DNA of 64,000 nt from the human T2T-CHM13v2.0 reference genome, Homo sapiens. The translations under genes were made by a program, and so were the position numbers. This document shows positions 14,965 to 33,406 of the stretch, one piece after another. The stretch is taken from the NCBI RefSeq assembly GCF_009914755.1, contig NC_060941.1. One strand, written 5' to 3'. Each line of letters starts with the position of its first letter. The first letter of the stretch is position 1. Below the pieces are notes generated by a model that did not search any database, had not been told where the DNA came from, and saw only the letters and a program-made list of their open reading frames with translations.

Positions 14965-15265
14965 TATTTATTTATTTATTTTGAGACAGGGTCTGACTCT
15001 GACGCCAGGCTGGAGTGCAGTGGCATGATCACAGCTCACTGCAGCCTCAAGCTCCTAGGATCAAGCGTTCCTCCCATCTCAGCCTCCTAAGTAGCTGAGA
15101 CTGCAGGCACACACCACCACACACAGCAAATTTTTTAAAAAATTCATAGAGACAAGGTTTCACCATGTTACCCAGGCTGGTCTCAAACTTCTGGGCTCAA
15201 GCCATCAGCTTTCCTCAGCCTCCCAAAGTGCTGGGATTACAGGTGTGAGCCACCATGCCTGGCCT
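14965..15265 (-). mobile_element. Alu (AluJ-like)
   Basis: Reverse Alu with cactgcagcctc and ctgggctcaag J-type diagnostics. Confidence 0.9.
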
Positions 15266-15489
15266 TCTTTTTAAGTAAAAATGGGCCCAATGATACAGAT
15301 TGCCCTGCTCCTGCCCCTTTTCCTCTGGTACTTCCAGGTCAGAACACGCTCCTCCACTCCAAAGGGGCAGCAATTCATCCTCTGGGCAGCCCCACAGCTG
15401 CCACAGCCCTGGCTATACATCAATCTTTTGATTTTTCCAATCCACAGGGTAAAACACCCCCCCCCCCCCCCCACACACACACACACACA

Positions 15490-16592
15490 ACAATTTGAGC
15501 AACAAAAATATATTGGATAATCACTTAAAGTATAAAATAAATATCGATGAGTCCACACTGATATGTATAAATGATTGAATAAATTAGTAAGTGGGGGCCA
15601 GGCATGGTGGCTCACGCCTATAATCTCAGCACTTTGGGAGGCCAAGGCGGGCGGATCACTTGAGGTCAGGAATTCAAGGCCAGTCTGGTCAACATGGCAA
15701 AACCCCATCTCTACCAAAAATACAAAAATTAGCTGGGCGTGGTGGCAGACTCCTGCAATCCCAGCTACTCAGGAGGATGAGGCAGGAGAATCACTTGAAT
15801 CGGGCAGGCGGAGGTTGCGGTGAGCCGAGATCATGCCACTGCACTCTAGCCTGGGTGACAGACCGAGACTCCATCTCAAAAAAACAATTAATAAGTGGGA
15901 GAGAAGAGACAAATATCTCATGCAGGATTCCAAATAAATTATGTCGCGACCTCACCTTAAAAGAGGGGGAACATTACTCCCCACTATGGGGTGCACATCA
16001 GGACTTCCTTCTAAATAGCACTGTATGGAGATTAACTCTGCAGTGGAGACACTGACCAAGATGACACCAGCCAGGGGATCAAGGTCAATACCAACAGTTT
16101 TTTGGCTCCTTGATATGATGAGTGAAATGGCACTTTACTTCTGTGGTCTTCCTCCCAAAAACCCACAGCCCCAACTATGAGAAAAACATCAGACAAACTC
16201 CAGCAGAGCAGTACCCTACAATATCCTTGACCAGTACTCCTCAAACTGTCAAGGTCATCAGAAACAAAGAAGGTCTGAGAAATGGCCACAGCTGAGAGAA
16301 GCCTCAGGGAAAATCATAACTAGAAGTCATGAGGCATTTGGCAATGACGGATCCTGCAAAAGAAAAAAGGACACTAGGCAAAAACTAAGGCATTTTAATA
16401 AACTATGGACTTGAGTTAATAAGCAAATATAAACATTGATTCACTGATTGTAACATGTATCATACTAAGGTAAGTTGTTGATAATGGGGAAACAGAGTTG
16501 GGAGGTACCGATGGGAACTCTCTGTACCATCTGCTCAACTTTTTTCCGTAAGTATAAAACAACTCTAAAAAATTGTCTATTAATTTTTAAAA
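15490..16592 (+). mobile_element. L1MC-type 3' end fragment interrupted by a + strand Alu (15596-15885)
   Basis: ggcactttacttctgtggtcttcctcccaaaaaccc...gaaaaacatcagacaaa and tgggaactctctgtac...actctaaaaa resemble L1M 3' UTR. Confidence 0.7.
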
Positions 16593-16609
16593 ATGCACAA
16601 CTTGTTGTT

Positions 16610-16930
16610 TTATTTTTATTTTTATTTATTTATTTTGTGTGTGTGTGTGAGACAGGGTCTCACTCTCTCACCCAGGCTGGAATACAGCAGCATGATCCCT
16701 GTTCACCACAACCTCCGTCTCCCAGGCTCAAGGGATTCTCCTGCCTCAGCCTCCCGAGTAGCTGAGATTACAGGCGCCTGCCACCATGCCGGGCTAATTT
16801 TTGTATTTTTAGTAGAGAAGGGGTTTCACTGTGTTAACCAGGCTGGTCTCGAACTCCTGACCTCAGGTGATCCACCTGCCTCGGCCTCCCAAAGTGCTGG
16901 CATTACAGGCATGAGCTATCGCACCCGGCC
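16610..16930 (-). mobile_element. Alu
   Basis: Reverse Alu consensus with a TG/T-rich tail. Confidence 0.92.
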
Positions 16931-17041
16931 TCATTGTTTTTTTAAATGGTATTTCCACTAAACAAGTAAGAAGGACTGAGAACTACTATGTGTTGGGCTC
17001 TGGGCCCTGACTCCTACTGAGGCTGAATCTCTTTTCGCATA

Positions 17042-21968
<4,927 letters not shown>

Positions 21969-22066
21969 TATATTCTTCTGTAACTGCTTGTTCATACCTC
22001 TACTTTCAAATCTTTTCTCTTTTAAAAATGGTTTATAGTTTTTTTCATAGGAAGGATACTAATCCT

Positions 22067-22456
<390 letters not shown>

Positions 22457-25400
22457 TTATTTTGTTTACAGGACCTTATGTCATTCAGAAATAATTTTTT
22501 CATAATCAAATCTCTCTCATTGACTGTTTCTCTTGTTGGTGGCTTCTTAGTTTCCTGTCTTACTTAAAAAGAACTTCCTCACCCACAAGGGAAAAGAATT
22601 AGTCTTCTAAATTTTCTTCTAATATTTTTAGTTGCTTCTAATATATTTAGATTTTTACTTTAAATCTTTGGTCCATCTGGGATCTATTTTGTAGGTGTTA
22701 TCAGATGGGAGGGAGGATTTGGCTTTATTTTCTCCCAGATGGATCACTGATACGGCAGCATCATTTATTAAATAAATTGACTTTTGCCCTAAATTGGCAT
22801 TTCCCCTTGAACAGATAATAAATTCCCATATAGATCCCTGGATTGGCTTCCAGGAGACCATCTTCCCCAGCTCTCCATGAGGTCATCAACATCCAGCTCA
22901 AAAGTCCACACCCACCATCTTCTTAAAGGCTGCTCCTACCTCCCCCCATCCTCCCATCTGAAATCAACATTTTCCCCACCTGCACTCCCATGGAATTCAT
23001 TCACTGCACACACATTTATTGAGCTCCCCCTGGGTGTCAGGTGCTGGACTAGAGATGACTGTCCCTGTCTTCTAGGAGTTCAAGCCGGGGGCGGGAGAAA
23101 GGCAGAGAACAGAGTATAATGATGCTTGAGGACAGGTGACTGGGGTTACAGTGGTGGGAGGGGTGTCAATTCCATTTCAGAAAAGCCTCCAGGAGGAAGT
23201 GATATCTGAGCTCTGTTAAGCCTCAAATGGTGAGTAGGTGTTTGCCAGACAGCCAAGAAGGAAAGGGGGGGTCACGTGGAGGGAACACTGTGTACAAAGG
23301 CACAGAAAGCCTGCTGCGTTCGGGGAGCTGCAAATGGTTCAGAGGCCACAGTGGAGGGAGGGCAGAGGAAGGGAAAGTGGAAAGGGACTGGCGGGTGAGC
23401 GGGCCTGAACGCCCTGGCGTAGGCGTGCTGACGGGTTTGGACTCTCTCCTGAGAGGCAGTATGTTGCGATAAGGATGCCAGCACTCCTTCTTCCACACCA
23501 ACATTCCACCTGTGCTCGCACGTACTTAGTGCTTTTCTTTCAATCAACTACTTTTTTTTTCCTCAAAATAAATGTATTTTAAAGGAACATTTTGTATCAT
23601 TCCCATAAATGAGAAACCAGTATCCCTTGCCAGAAACAAAATAGAAGAAAAGCCTTTAAAAAGAAACATATTTCTATTAAAATTTAAAATGTTCATTTGT
23701 ACTATTTTAAAACAGAGAGAGGACTCTCCCAGCCAATGCATGCCTACCTCATTTCAGGAAACGCTGGCATGGGAAAACCAAGGGTGCCCGCATCCAGGCT
23801 GCCTGGGTTCAAACCCCAGCTCTAAGGAGCACTCGGTAGAAGTCCTTGGGAAAGTCACCTCCTTTTCCTATGCCTCAGTTCTCTCACCTGTCACATGTGG
23901 CAATAACAGGACCTACCTCATTGGGTTGCGCAACTCAGTGAGAGAATGTGGGGAGTGTTTAGTGAATATGCCTTGGCTAGTTTGGGGCCATGAAAAGCCC
24001 TCCAGCATTCGAACCAGAAGAGGGGCACTGTCTAGTTTGCATCTTAGAACTAGATCTCCCTCTGGCTGTGGGATAAGGAGGGGCCAGGAGAGACCAATCA
24101 GAGGCTGCTGTGGTTCCGAGAAGCAATGATGGAGACCTGAAGCCTACAAAAGGGTGGAGAGGAAGATGCAATTGAGTACTGGGGACAGAGACCAGAGGCA
24201 AAGCTGGCACCGAGATTCTAACGAGGGGAAGCATCGGGCCCTTCGTGGAGTAGGGACCACAGGGGTTCACATATTTCTAGGACAGGATGTGTCTAGTACC
24301 CAATTTATATACCTTGACTTGGGGGAGTCAGTGTGTCCGGAGGCAGGTGACCTCAGGCCGGGTGTTCAGGAGTGAGTAGGCTGCGCCCATGGGCCAAGGT
24401 CGGGCACCTCACCAGCCCCCGCACCCCTGGAGCTGGCAGGTGCTGAGTTTGCATGAAGTGGTTGTGGCAGCCATGCCTCCCTGGTGGTCCAGGGATGAGC
24501 AGGGGTCAGAAGTGCTTTCCAGGTGGCATCCCTCCTGCTCCTTTGCTCAGTCCTCTGCTGGTCCTTTGGGCCTGGTGGCTGCCACTGAGCCCTCCAGAGA
24601 GTGCCGGGCCTGGGACCCCAATCAGGCTTCAGCCACCCTCAGGGCAATTTCCCTGCCATGTACTGCCCTCCATTGCCTCATTGAAATCTTAAGAGGCTGG
24701 GGCACTAAAGGAGGACAATGATGACCCCAAAAGGGGTGGAGGAAGGAACTCGGGAAGTCTTCCCTTCGAACTCTCTAAGATCTCTTCTGGCGTCCACCGC
24801 AGCTGGGCCCCTTGCTGGGTGCCCCTCCACTCCCCCTACCTCCACCTCTCGTCGGATGTAGAATCAGAAGATCCTAGATTCCATCCCCCCAGTAGAAGCT
24901 CAGGTCAGCGCTGCTGTGAGAGGCCCTTCTACCTCGTGGGTCCTCCTGACAGTGTCTGCTGCTCCTCTCCGCCACCATTCACTGGCGCCCAGAGGTGCCC
25001 CACAGAGAGGAGCTTCTCAGTGGGGGTTCCTGGAAAGGAGTGGAGGTCGCGGTTATCCCTCCCGCCACCGCCAGGCGTCACCACCGGCCTGGAAATGAAA
25101 GGCACAGTCAGGCCGGTCTGGACGCCAGGGGAACTGTCAGCCTCGGGACTGGCTGAAGGGCCTGGGCAGGACTGGCAGGGTGGCCAAGGACGTCCGGAGA
25201 TGGCTGCCACTTGGCGCTCTGACCCCAATGTCCATCGGGAGTCCAGAGAGGCACACGCCCCTGAATTCAGGCCGCTGTGGCCGCGACACACGCCAAGCCC
25301 GAGGGCCAGGTATGCAGAGAGGGTCCAGACCCTGGACGCCCACCCTGGGCCGCTTGAGTGTAAAGGAAGCGGGAACTTCTCGCCGTACGCGTTATATAGA

Positions 25401-25779
25401 TCTGTTTCACAAATAAAGAACCCGAGGCTCAGTTTCGTATTCCAAGTGGCACCAACCCCATGACCCGCTCCAGTCGAGACTATTTCCAGAGATGCGATCT
25501 CCTAGCACGACAGCGACACTTGGAAGTCTGTGGCTGAACGAGTAAATGAATGCGAATATAACAACAGCCGGCACTTACTGAGCACCTACTGTGTGCCAGA
25601 CGCTGTTCTCAGCAGTCTAAAATGTGGATACTCTTATCCCCACGAAGAAACTGAGGCACAGAGAGGTGATGTAATTTGCCAGACGACACAGTGGCAAATC
25701 CAGGATGGGGACCCAGGCGATCTGGTTCCAAAGATCAAGGTCAGGCTGGTAACAACGCCTCTCTGTAGCAAATGCTTTA

Positions 25780-26816
<1,037 letters not shown>

Positions 26817-26841
26817 GCCATTCGGTTTTATCGTTGTTTGA

Positions 26842-27146
<305 letters not shown>

Positions 27147-27169
27147 CCGCCATTCGTTTTTTAAGTTGT

Positions 27170-27440
27170 CTTTATTAAGCGCCGCTGTGCGCCAGAAACC
27201 GGGAGCGGAAAGGGTCTGCGCCCCAGCAGGCGAGTGAGCAGAGCGCGCGGCGGGCGCGGCGGGGCCTCACCTTCTCCCGGGCCAAGCGCCCACAGGAGGC
27301 GCCCCGAGTGCCCACCAGGTGGCGCGCTGACGCCACTCGCCTCCCACGCGCCACACCCGCTTGGTCTCTTCATCGCCCCCTGCGGAGCTGGCGTGGACCG
27401 CAGCGACTTGGGTCCAGCCGACAGGTGGCCGAGGGGGCAG
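27170..27440 (+). promoter_or_regulatory. Small CpG island with a consensus CTCF site at 27312-27325
   Basis: High CpG density; CCACCAGGTGGCGC, with weaker CCCACAGGAGGCGC and CCGACAGGTGGCCG nearby in the same orientation. Confidence 0.7.
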
Positions 27441-27999
27441 CCACTGACCTGGTGCCAGGTGTCCCTGGCTCCCTGCCAGGTGCCCTGCAGTCTAGCGGCC
27501 CTGCTCAGGCCCTGCTTTCTTCCCTTGCTTCTCACCTCTGAAGACACTGAAGTGTAGCGAGAAGGAGCCCCGCACGACCCCTTCCCGCCAGTGCTTCACT
27601 GGGGACAGAGCACTTTCTACCGGCTACGTGCCGTCTCACACTCGCCACGTCCTCACCCCAGGAGGCGGGCAGGATGATCCCCCTTTGCAGATGAGGAGGC
27701 TACCGCCCAAGAAGGGGAGAGACTGCCCCCAGATCACCCTGGCCACAGAGAGCGAGGCCCCCAATCCAGGCTGCCGGACTCCAGCTGCCACGCCCTCCCC
27801 ACTCCACCAGAGCACAAGCAGGAGCGCTCACAGCCAGGAGAAGGTCCCTTCTGGCGGGTGAGGTCCTGTGAGAGGCAGGGGGATAGACATGTTGACCTCT
27901 CAGGCCAGAGGAGGGTGCGCTCTGGGATGTCAGTGGCAACATCCCTTAGGGCCTTCTGGGCCAGAAGTTCCTCTGCTCCCCTGGCTCCCTCGCCCCCTG

Positions 28000-30900
28000 C
28001 TCCTGTCCTCCCCGTCTTTCCTCATCCCTTCATATGCGGCCTCCCCAGGCTTTGCTCTGCTCTCTACAAGCTCCCAATACTCACCTCAGATGACTCTCCG
28101 GGCTCACACACCTCCCAGTCTTGTCCCTCCAGTCTGACCTCTATTGTGCACCCTGCTGTTCACCTGAGCACCCTCAAGCCCCTTGCAGGCCCCCTGTCCA
28201 GGATGAGATGCCACATCACCCCTGCACACCTGTGCTCCCTAAGCCAGAATGCTGGGGGTCCTCTTTGACTCCTCACCCTCATGTCCTAGAGTCTGTCCCC
28301 TCTCCATTCCACCCATTAGACATCTTTCAAGGTCATCCCTTCTTCCCAGCAGATGCCTCTGCTCTGATACAGACCACCATCACCTCCCAGCCTCTAGTTT
28401 CACCCACCCTCTCGGACCCACCCTCCACGCAGCTGCCAGAATGGTCTTTCCAGAGATCTTCCTAAAGTGCAAATCCGAGCCGTGTTTAAACCTCATAATC
28501 AAAACAGAAACAAAGACACCTTAACCACAGGATGAAACCCCAAACCCTTAGCTAGACCCGTAAAGCCCTGCATGGTCTGGCCCCTGCCACCTCTCTGGCG
28601 GTGTTGTGTCCCTCTCCCCCCACTCACTAAGCTCAGCTCCCTTCAGCTCCTCCAAAGCACCAAGTTCTTCCTAGGCTCACGGTCTCAGCAGGTGCAGCCC
28701 CTCTGTCCAGCTCTTCATCCTTTAGATCCCAGCTGAAAGGTCACATTCTTGCAGAGGCATTCCCTGACCCCTCCCAGGTAAATTAGGATCCCTCCTTAGT
28801 TTCTCTCTTGTTTGGAATTTGCTGTTCTTCTTCCCCCGTACCTCTTGCCAACACATCTCAGAGCTTATGTTTTCATGTGCTCAGTTATTTAATGTCTGTC
28901 TCTCCCATAGCCCAAATTCTCCATGCAAATAGGACTGCAGTCTCCCCTGTCCACACTGTACCTCCACACCAGCCCAGGACCGGACATAAAAGTAGACACT
29001 TGGTAAGTATTTGTGGAACAAATGAATCTTTCATCTCGTCCTCATCAGAACCCCATTCCCAGGCTTTCTTTCATCTCTGGCCTTTGCAAGAGTTGCTTCC
29101 TCTGCCTGGAAGGTTCTTTCCATTCCCTCCCACCTGGGCAGATCCACACGTCATTTAAGATTAATCTCTCTGCAATCTGTCCATCGCCCCCTCATTTGAA
29201 TTAGGGTTTCCCTCCAGGCCCCCTTGGAACCCTATACATAGCACTCTATCCTAACACTTTAAAATTGCAAATTGCCTGCTAAACATGAGAGATTAACAAC
29301 AATAATGATCTATCTACTCTTGCCTCTCCCCCAGACCTCTCCACTGCAGCTAGCTCAAGGGCATCACTCTCTCTGCCTTTCAAGCCATTAGGAACCCCAT
29401 TTCCCATTCATTCATGAGGCACTGCTCAGGTGCCCACTGTGTCGCGTTGTTTTCCTTCCGGCAGCACTGGGGAAGCATGGAGGAAGGAAGCAGTGTAGAT
29501 AGGATTCTTCCAAGGGTGAGAGGGAAGCAGGTGAAAGCATCAGAGGTGCTCAGCAAAAGCCCAGCCACCCCCATCCAGGGTGCAAATGGGTGCAGGGAAG
29601 GCTGGAGGCAGAGGGGTGGACCTAAAGTGCTCAGTTCTGCCCCCTTCACTGAGCACCTGGTGTGTGCAGGGCATGGCTGGGGAGAGGGGTGAGGAATATG
29701 GAGAGGTGCACCTGAATGGCAGACACATCACCTCTAGCACAGCTGTTAGTGTGCTTGGTACACAGAGTTTACTGTGTCTTGGATCTGTCTTCCCACGCTG
29801 GGAGTAGCTGGAGGGCCCAAGGTTGGGTACAGTTGTTGTCAAACCTCAGCCAAACCTAGTGGTCACTTTTCTGTCTCTCCCTTGCCAGGTCACTCTGCTG
29901 TGGCTCATTCCCCTCTTCCTGACACTCCCCACACCCAGATCTAGAGGCCACCTTCATCAGCATCACCTGGGTAGGGGCAGGAGCTTATATAATATGTAGT
30001 CCTCGGTTCCTGTCTACCAACTAAGGCTCCCTGGGGATGGGACCCCAGAATCTGCATGATGCACACTCCGCACTGTGTCCACTCTGCTTGGCACCTTGAG
30101 CGTGAGAACCCCACTTCTCCAGTGGCTTCGGGATCAGCCCCACCTGTCCTCCTAGCCCCTGGCTCCCTGTTCCTCCCTGGAATCCTCTGGGGGTTCTTTT
30201 CCTCTGACCACCTTACCTTAAATGCCAGGGTGCCCAGTGCTCCTCTGGCACCCTCCATACCTCTAGCACCCCAGGCTAGACTTTCTCCTGCCCTTGGGTG
30301 GCCGACAGCACCCAGACTTGACATGGCGAAAGCTGACCCTCCCACCCTCACCACAGACCCCATCCCTCTCCTCCCATCTATGGTACCCACCTCATCAACT
30401 AGCCAGCCTGTTGCTCAAGCCAGGGAACTGGGTGTCACACCTGACTCCTTCTCTCCCTTCCTGCCTCACCACAGCAACAACCAAATCCTGATCATTTTGC
30501 CTCCTAAAGATGCCTTCAGTCTCCCTGCCCCCCACCCCCAAACCACTGCATTTGTCTCCTAATGATTTCCTCTCCTCTCCCTCCCTCTAGTCCAGGGAAT
30601 TCTCCAAAAGCTTTTAAAATGCAAATCTAACTATAATCACAGCCCCCTTAAAATCCTTCAAAGATTCCTCATAAACAAAGATCTCAACCCCTTGACCCTC
30701 CATCATCTGGTCCCAGCCTCCCCTCCTCCCGCTCTGTGCTCCCTGAACAGCAAACTGCTTCCAGTTCCAGCCTCCAGACCTTTAGTCATTCAGTGCCCTC
30801 TGCCAGGAATAGCCCTTGCCAGACAGGCTCTTCCTCACAACTGCAGTATCACCTCCTCCAGGAAGCCATCTCTGACCCTCTCGCCCCTGCCCCCAGCTTC

Positions 30901-31110
30901 CTCAGTGCATCCATATGCCTTCCTTGTTCAAGGATCTGTTATTCCACTCACCATACTGAGTTACAATTATCGATTTTCATGTCTCTGTTCCACACTTGCC
31001 GATGAGATCCTTGAGGGCAGGGAGGGTGTCCCATTCATCTCTATCTCAACCCCTGGCCTGGCGCCTGGCACGGCGGACAGGCTCGGCCAGTGGGTGATGG
31101 ATAAATGCGG
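28000..31110 (+). mobile_element. Several diverged LINE-2 fragments (~28000-29030, ~30080-31110) plus a MER5-like piece (~29940-30070)
   Basis: L2 3' motifs such as cacctcctccaggaagccatctctgacc, gagatccttgagggcaggga and gcgcctggcac. Confidence 0.6.
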
Positions 31111-32783
31111 AGGGGAAACTTGAACAAAGTGAGAGCCAGAAATGACCAAGAGGGGAGTAAGGGCAAGCCTGGCAGGAGGAGCAGCCGGAGCAAATGTGTG
31201 GGAAGTGGAGGAGCGAGAACTTCCGTTTACTGCACTCCTACGACTGCCCACCAGCCATTGTGCCTGCGCTTTGTTTGCACATTTTGTCTCATTTGGTTCT
31301 TGCAAGAACAGATCAGGAAACGGACATCAGAGAACCAAAGTAACCTGCCCAAGGTCACACAGCCAGGTCTGGAACAGAATCTGGGACTGTCTGGCCTGAA
31401 AATCTGTGCTCTTTCTGCTGGGCCACACAGCTCTCCTAGGGACAGGACCTTCTGGAAACCAGACAAGGAGTGGGCCCAGCTACGCCCCTGCCTAGCTGAG
31501 CGCCGGAACCAGCTGCCCACACTCAGGCCAACAGCTTCTCCCTCCCAGCCAGACCAGAGGCTTAGAGGCCAAACAAAGATTTGCCTGTTCCTGCCTCCCC
31601 GGCTTTGGGGGGGTCTTTGACTAGACATGCACGCCACCACCCACCCCACCCCCCACCAACACCAAGAAAGAGCTGTTGCATCTTGGTATGGCCCAGGGTG
31701 CCTGGAAATGCAGGGGGCTCTGTGATGCTGTCTGGGTTTTGCAGAATCTGTCTCCCTCATCGCACTTGGCCCAGGCTGATATTAAGATTCATCTGCATTC
31801 CCCGCGCACCCGCCTGGCAGATGGTGGGGGAGGAGGCTGGGTGCGTGCCGGGGTTGCAGCCACGGGACCAAGCTGGGCCTTGGAGGGCCACAGAGCAGAG
31901 TGCCCACCCACCGTGCTCCTTGGGCCCAGCCCAAGCTGGGACCACTTCAAATGATGGGGTGCCTCCTCACCTTCATAGCCTCCAAGGGATGCCAGGACTT
32001 GACCTTTCATTTTTCTACAGACTAAAGGGACCCTGGAATTCCAGGAGGGAGACCTGAAGATATGGAGTGGGGGTGATGGAGGATGGGCCCCCATCTTTGG
32101 GAATCTCAGATCAGGGTCGTGTTCTTCCTCCTTGCCCTGGAGGTTTGCAGAGACCCCACTGGGACAGGAGCCACTCTCGGCCTGGTGACCCCTGTGGCAT
32201 AGAGAGGGTAAGTAGTGAATAATGAAGGGACAGGCTCCAGGAAGGCCTTGCTCCCCTCACTCTCCAGCTTCTCAGGACCTGCCCCCGGCCCCAGAATCTA
32301 GCCTGGCCCCTAACAGCCTTTTCAGCCCAGGGGCCCAGCCAAATACTTCCTGTCACAGTGGCTGGACCGAGAAGGTCCAGGGATTATCTCAGCCCCTCCA
32401 AGTAAAGTAGAAGAGGGAAGGAGCAGACATCATAACAAAAGGAGTGCAGGCTAGACACCCAGAAGGACTTCCCTCAGCACAGGTTTTGGCTCTTAGAATG
32501 GGTTTTTTAAAAAAAGGATCTTTCTTAATTCCAGGACTCCTGAGTTGGGGGCAGGGCAGCCGATTCTTGCTGCCCGCTCCCGGGGAACGGGCGCCCTGCA
32601 AAAGAGGTGGAAACGGTAGGGTCCGTATCCCCTGGCCACCACCCTCTCCCTTCCTCTCCAAGAGCTACTCCGCCCCCGCGTGCCGTCCTCTCCTGGCTGG
32701 AGAGCCGGCGTCCTAGGTCCCCGGGCTGCGGGCCGGCAGGGGAGGAGTTAACTCCGGAGGTACCGGCTGGGCTCACTGTACCT

Positions 32784-32804
32784 GCCGCCGCCGCCGCCGC
32801 CGCC
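32784..32804 (+). repeat. (GCC)7 trinucleotide repeat
   Basis: Counted directly. Confidence 0.95.
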
Positions 32805-33257
32805 GGTGGGAGGGACGAGGAAGCGGGAGCCGCCTGGGCGCCAGGAGCGCTCTAGTCTGGCGGGGCGCAGCGCAGCGCGGGGAGCGGGCGGCCGGGGCTC
32901 CGCGCGGCTGGGGGCGTCCGCCAGGGGGCGCGCCGCGACGGGGCGGGTGGAGCAGCCTGGTTTGGGGAATTAGCACCAAGGACGGGCGCGCGCGCAGGTC
33001 CCCAGCACATCTGGGCGAGAGCGGCGCCGCTGGAGCCGAGGGGGGCGCCGAGCGCAGATCTGGAGCAGCAGAGCCACGGCGCAGCTGGGGCCCTTCGAGG
33101 CGCTCGGGGCGCACATCTGGGACCTCGAGCGGGGGCCGTGCCGCGCGCAGCTGGACCAGGGGAGGGGGGCGGCGGCTGCACAGCTGGACCGAAGGGGGCG
33201 GGGTCGGCCCTGGGCGACCCGCTGAGGGGAGGGCCGCGGGCCGCCGGGGACTGGAGC

Positions 33258-33275
33258 ATGGGACGGCGCGCCTGA
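33258..33275 (+). promoter_or_regulatory. Upstream ORF MGRRA* in the NXPH3 5' leader
   Basis: agcATGg GA CGG CGC GCC TGA, ending 77 nt before the main ATG. Confidence 0.6.
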
Positions 33276-33352
33276 AGGAGCAGGAAGGGGAAGGAGGCCT
33301 GGGACCCCGAAAAGAGAAGGGGAGAGCGAGGGGACGAGAGCGGAGGAGGAAG

Positions 33353-33406
33353 ATGCAACTGACTCGCTGCTGCTTCGTGTTCCTGGTGCAGGGTAGCCTC
33401 TATCTG
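33353..33406 (+). CDS. NXPH3: Neurexophilin-3, coding exon 1 (signal peptide MQLTRCCFVFLVQGSLYL)
   Basis: aagATG start, 18 hydrophobic codons, donor CTG|gtgagt at 33407, phase 0 joins exon 2 in frame; missed by the ORF track. Confidence 0.96.

Noticed and set aside
31064-31084. REST/NRSE-like motif CCTGGCACGGCGGACAGGCTC
   Set aside because: Left half-site is poor and the sequence lies in a decayed L2 3' end
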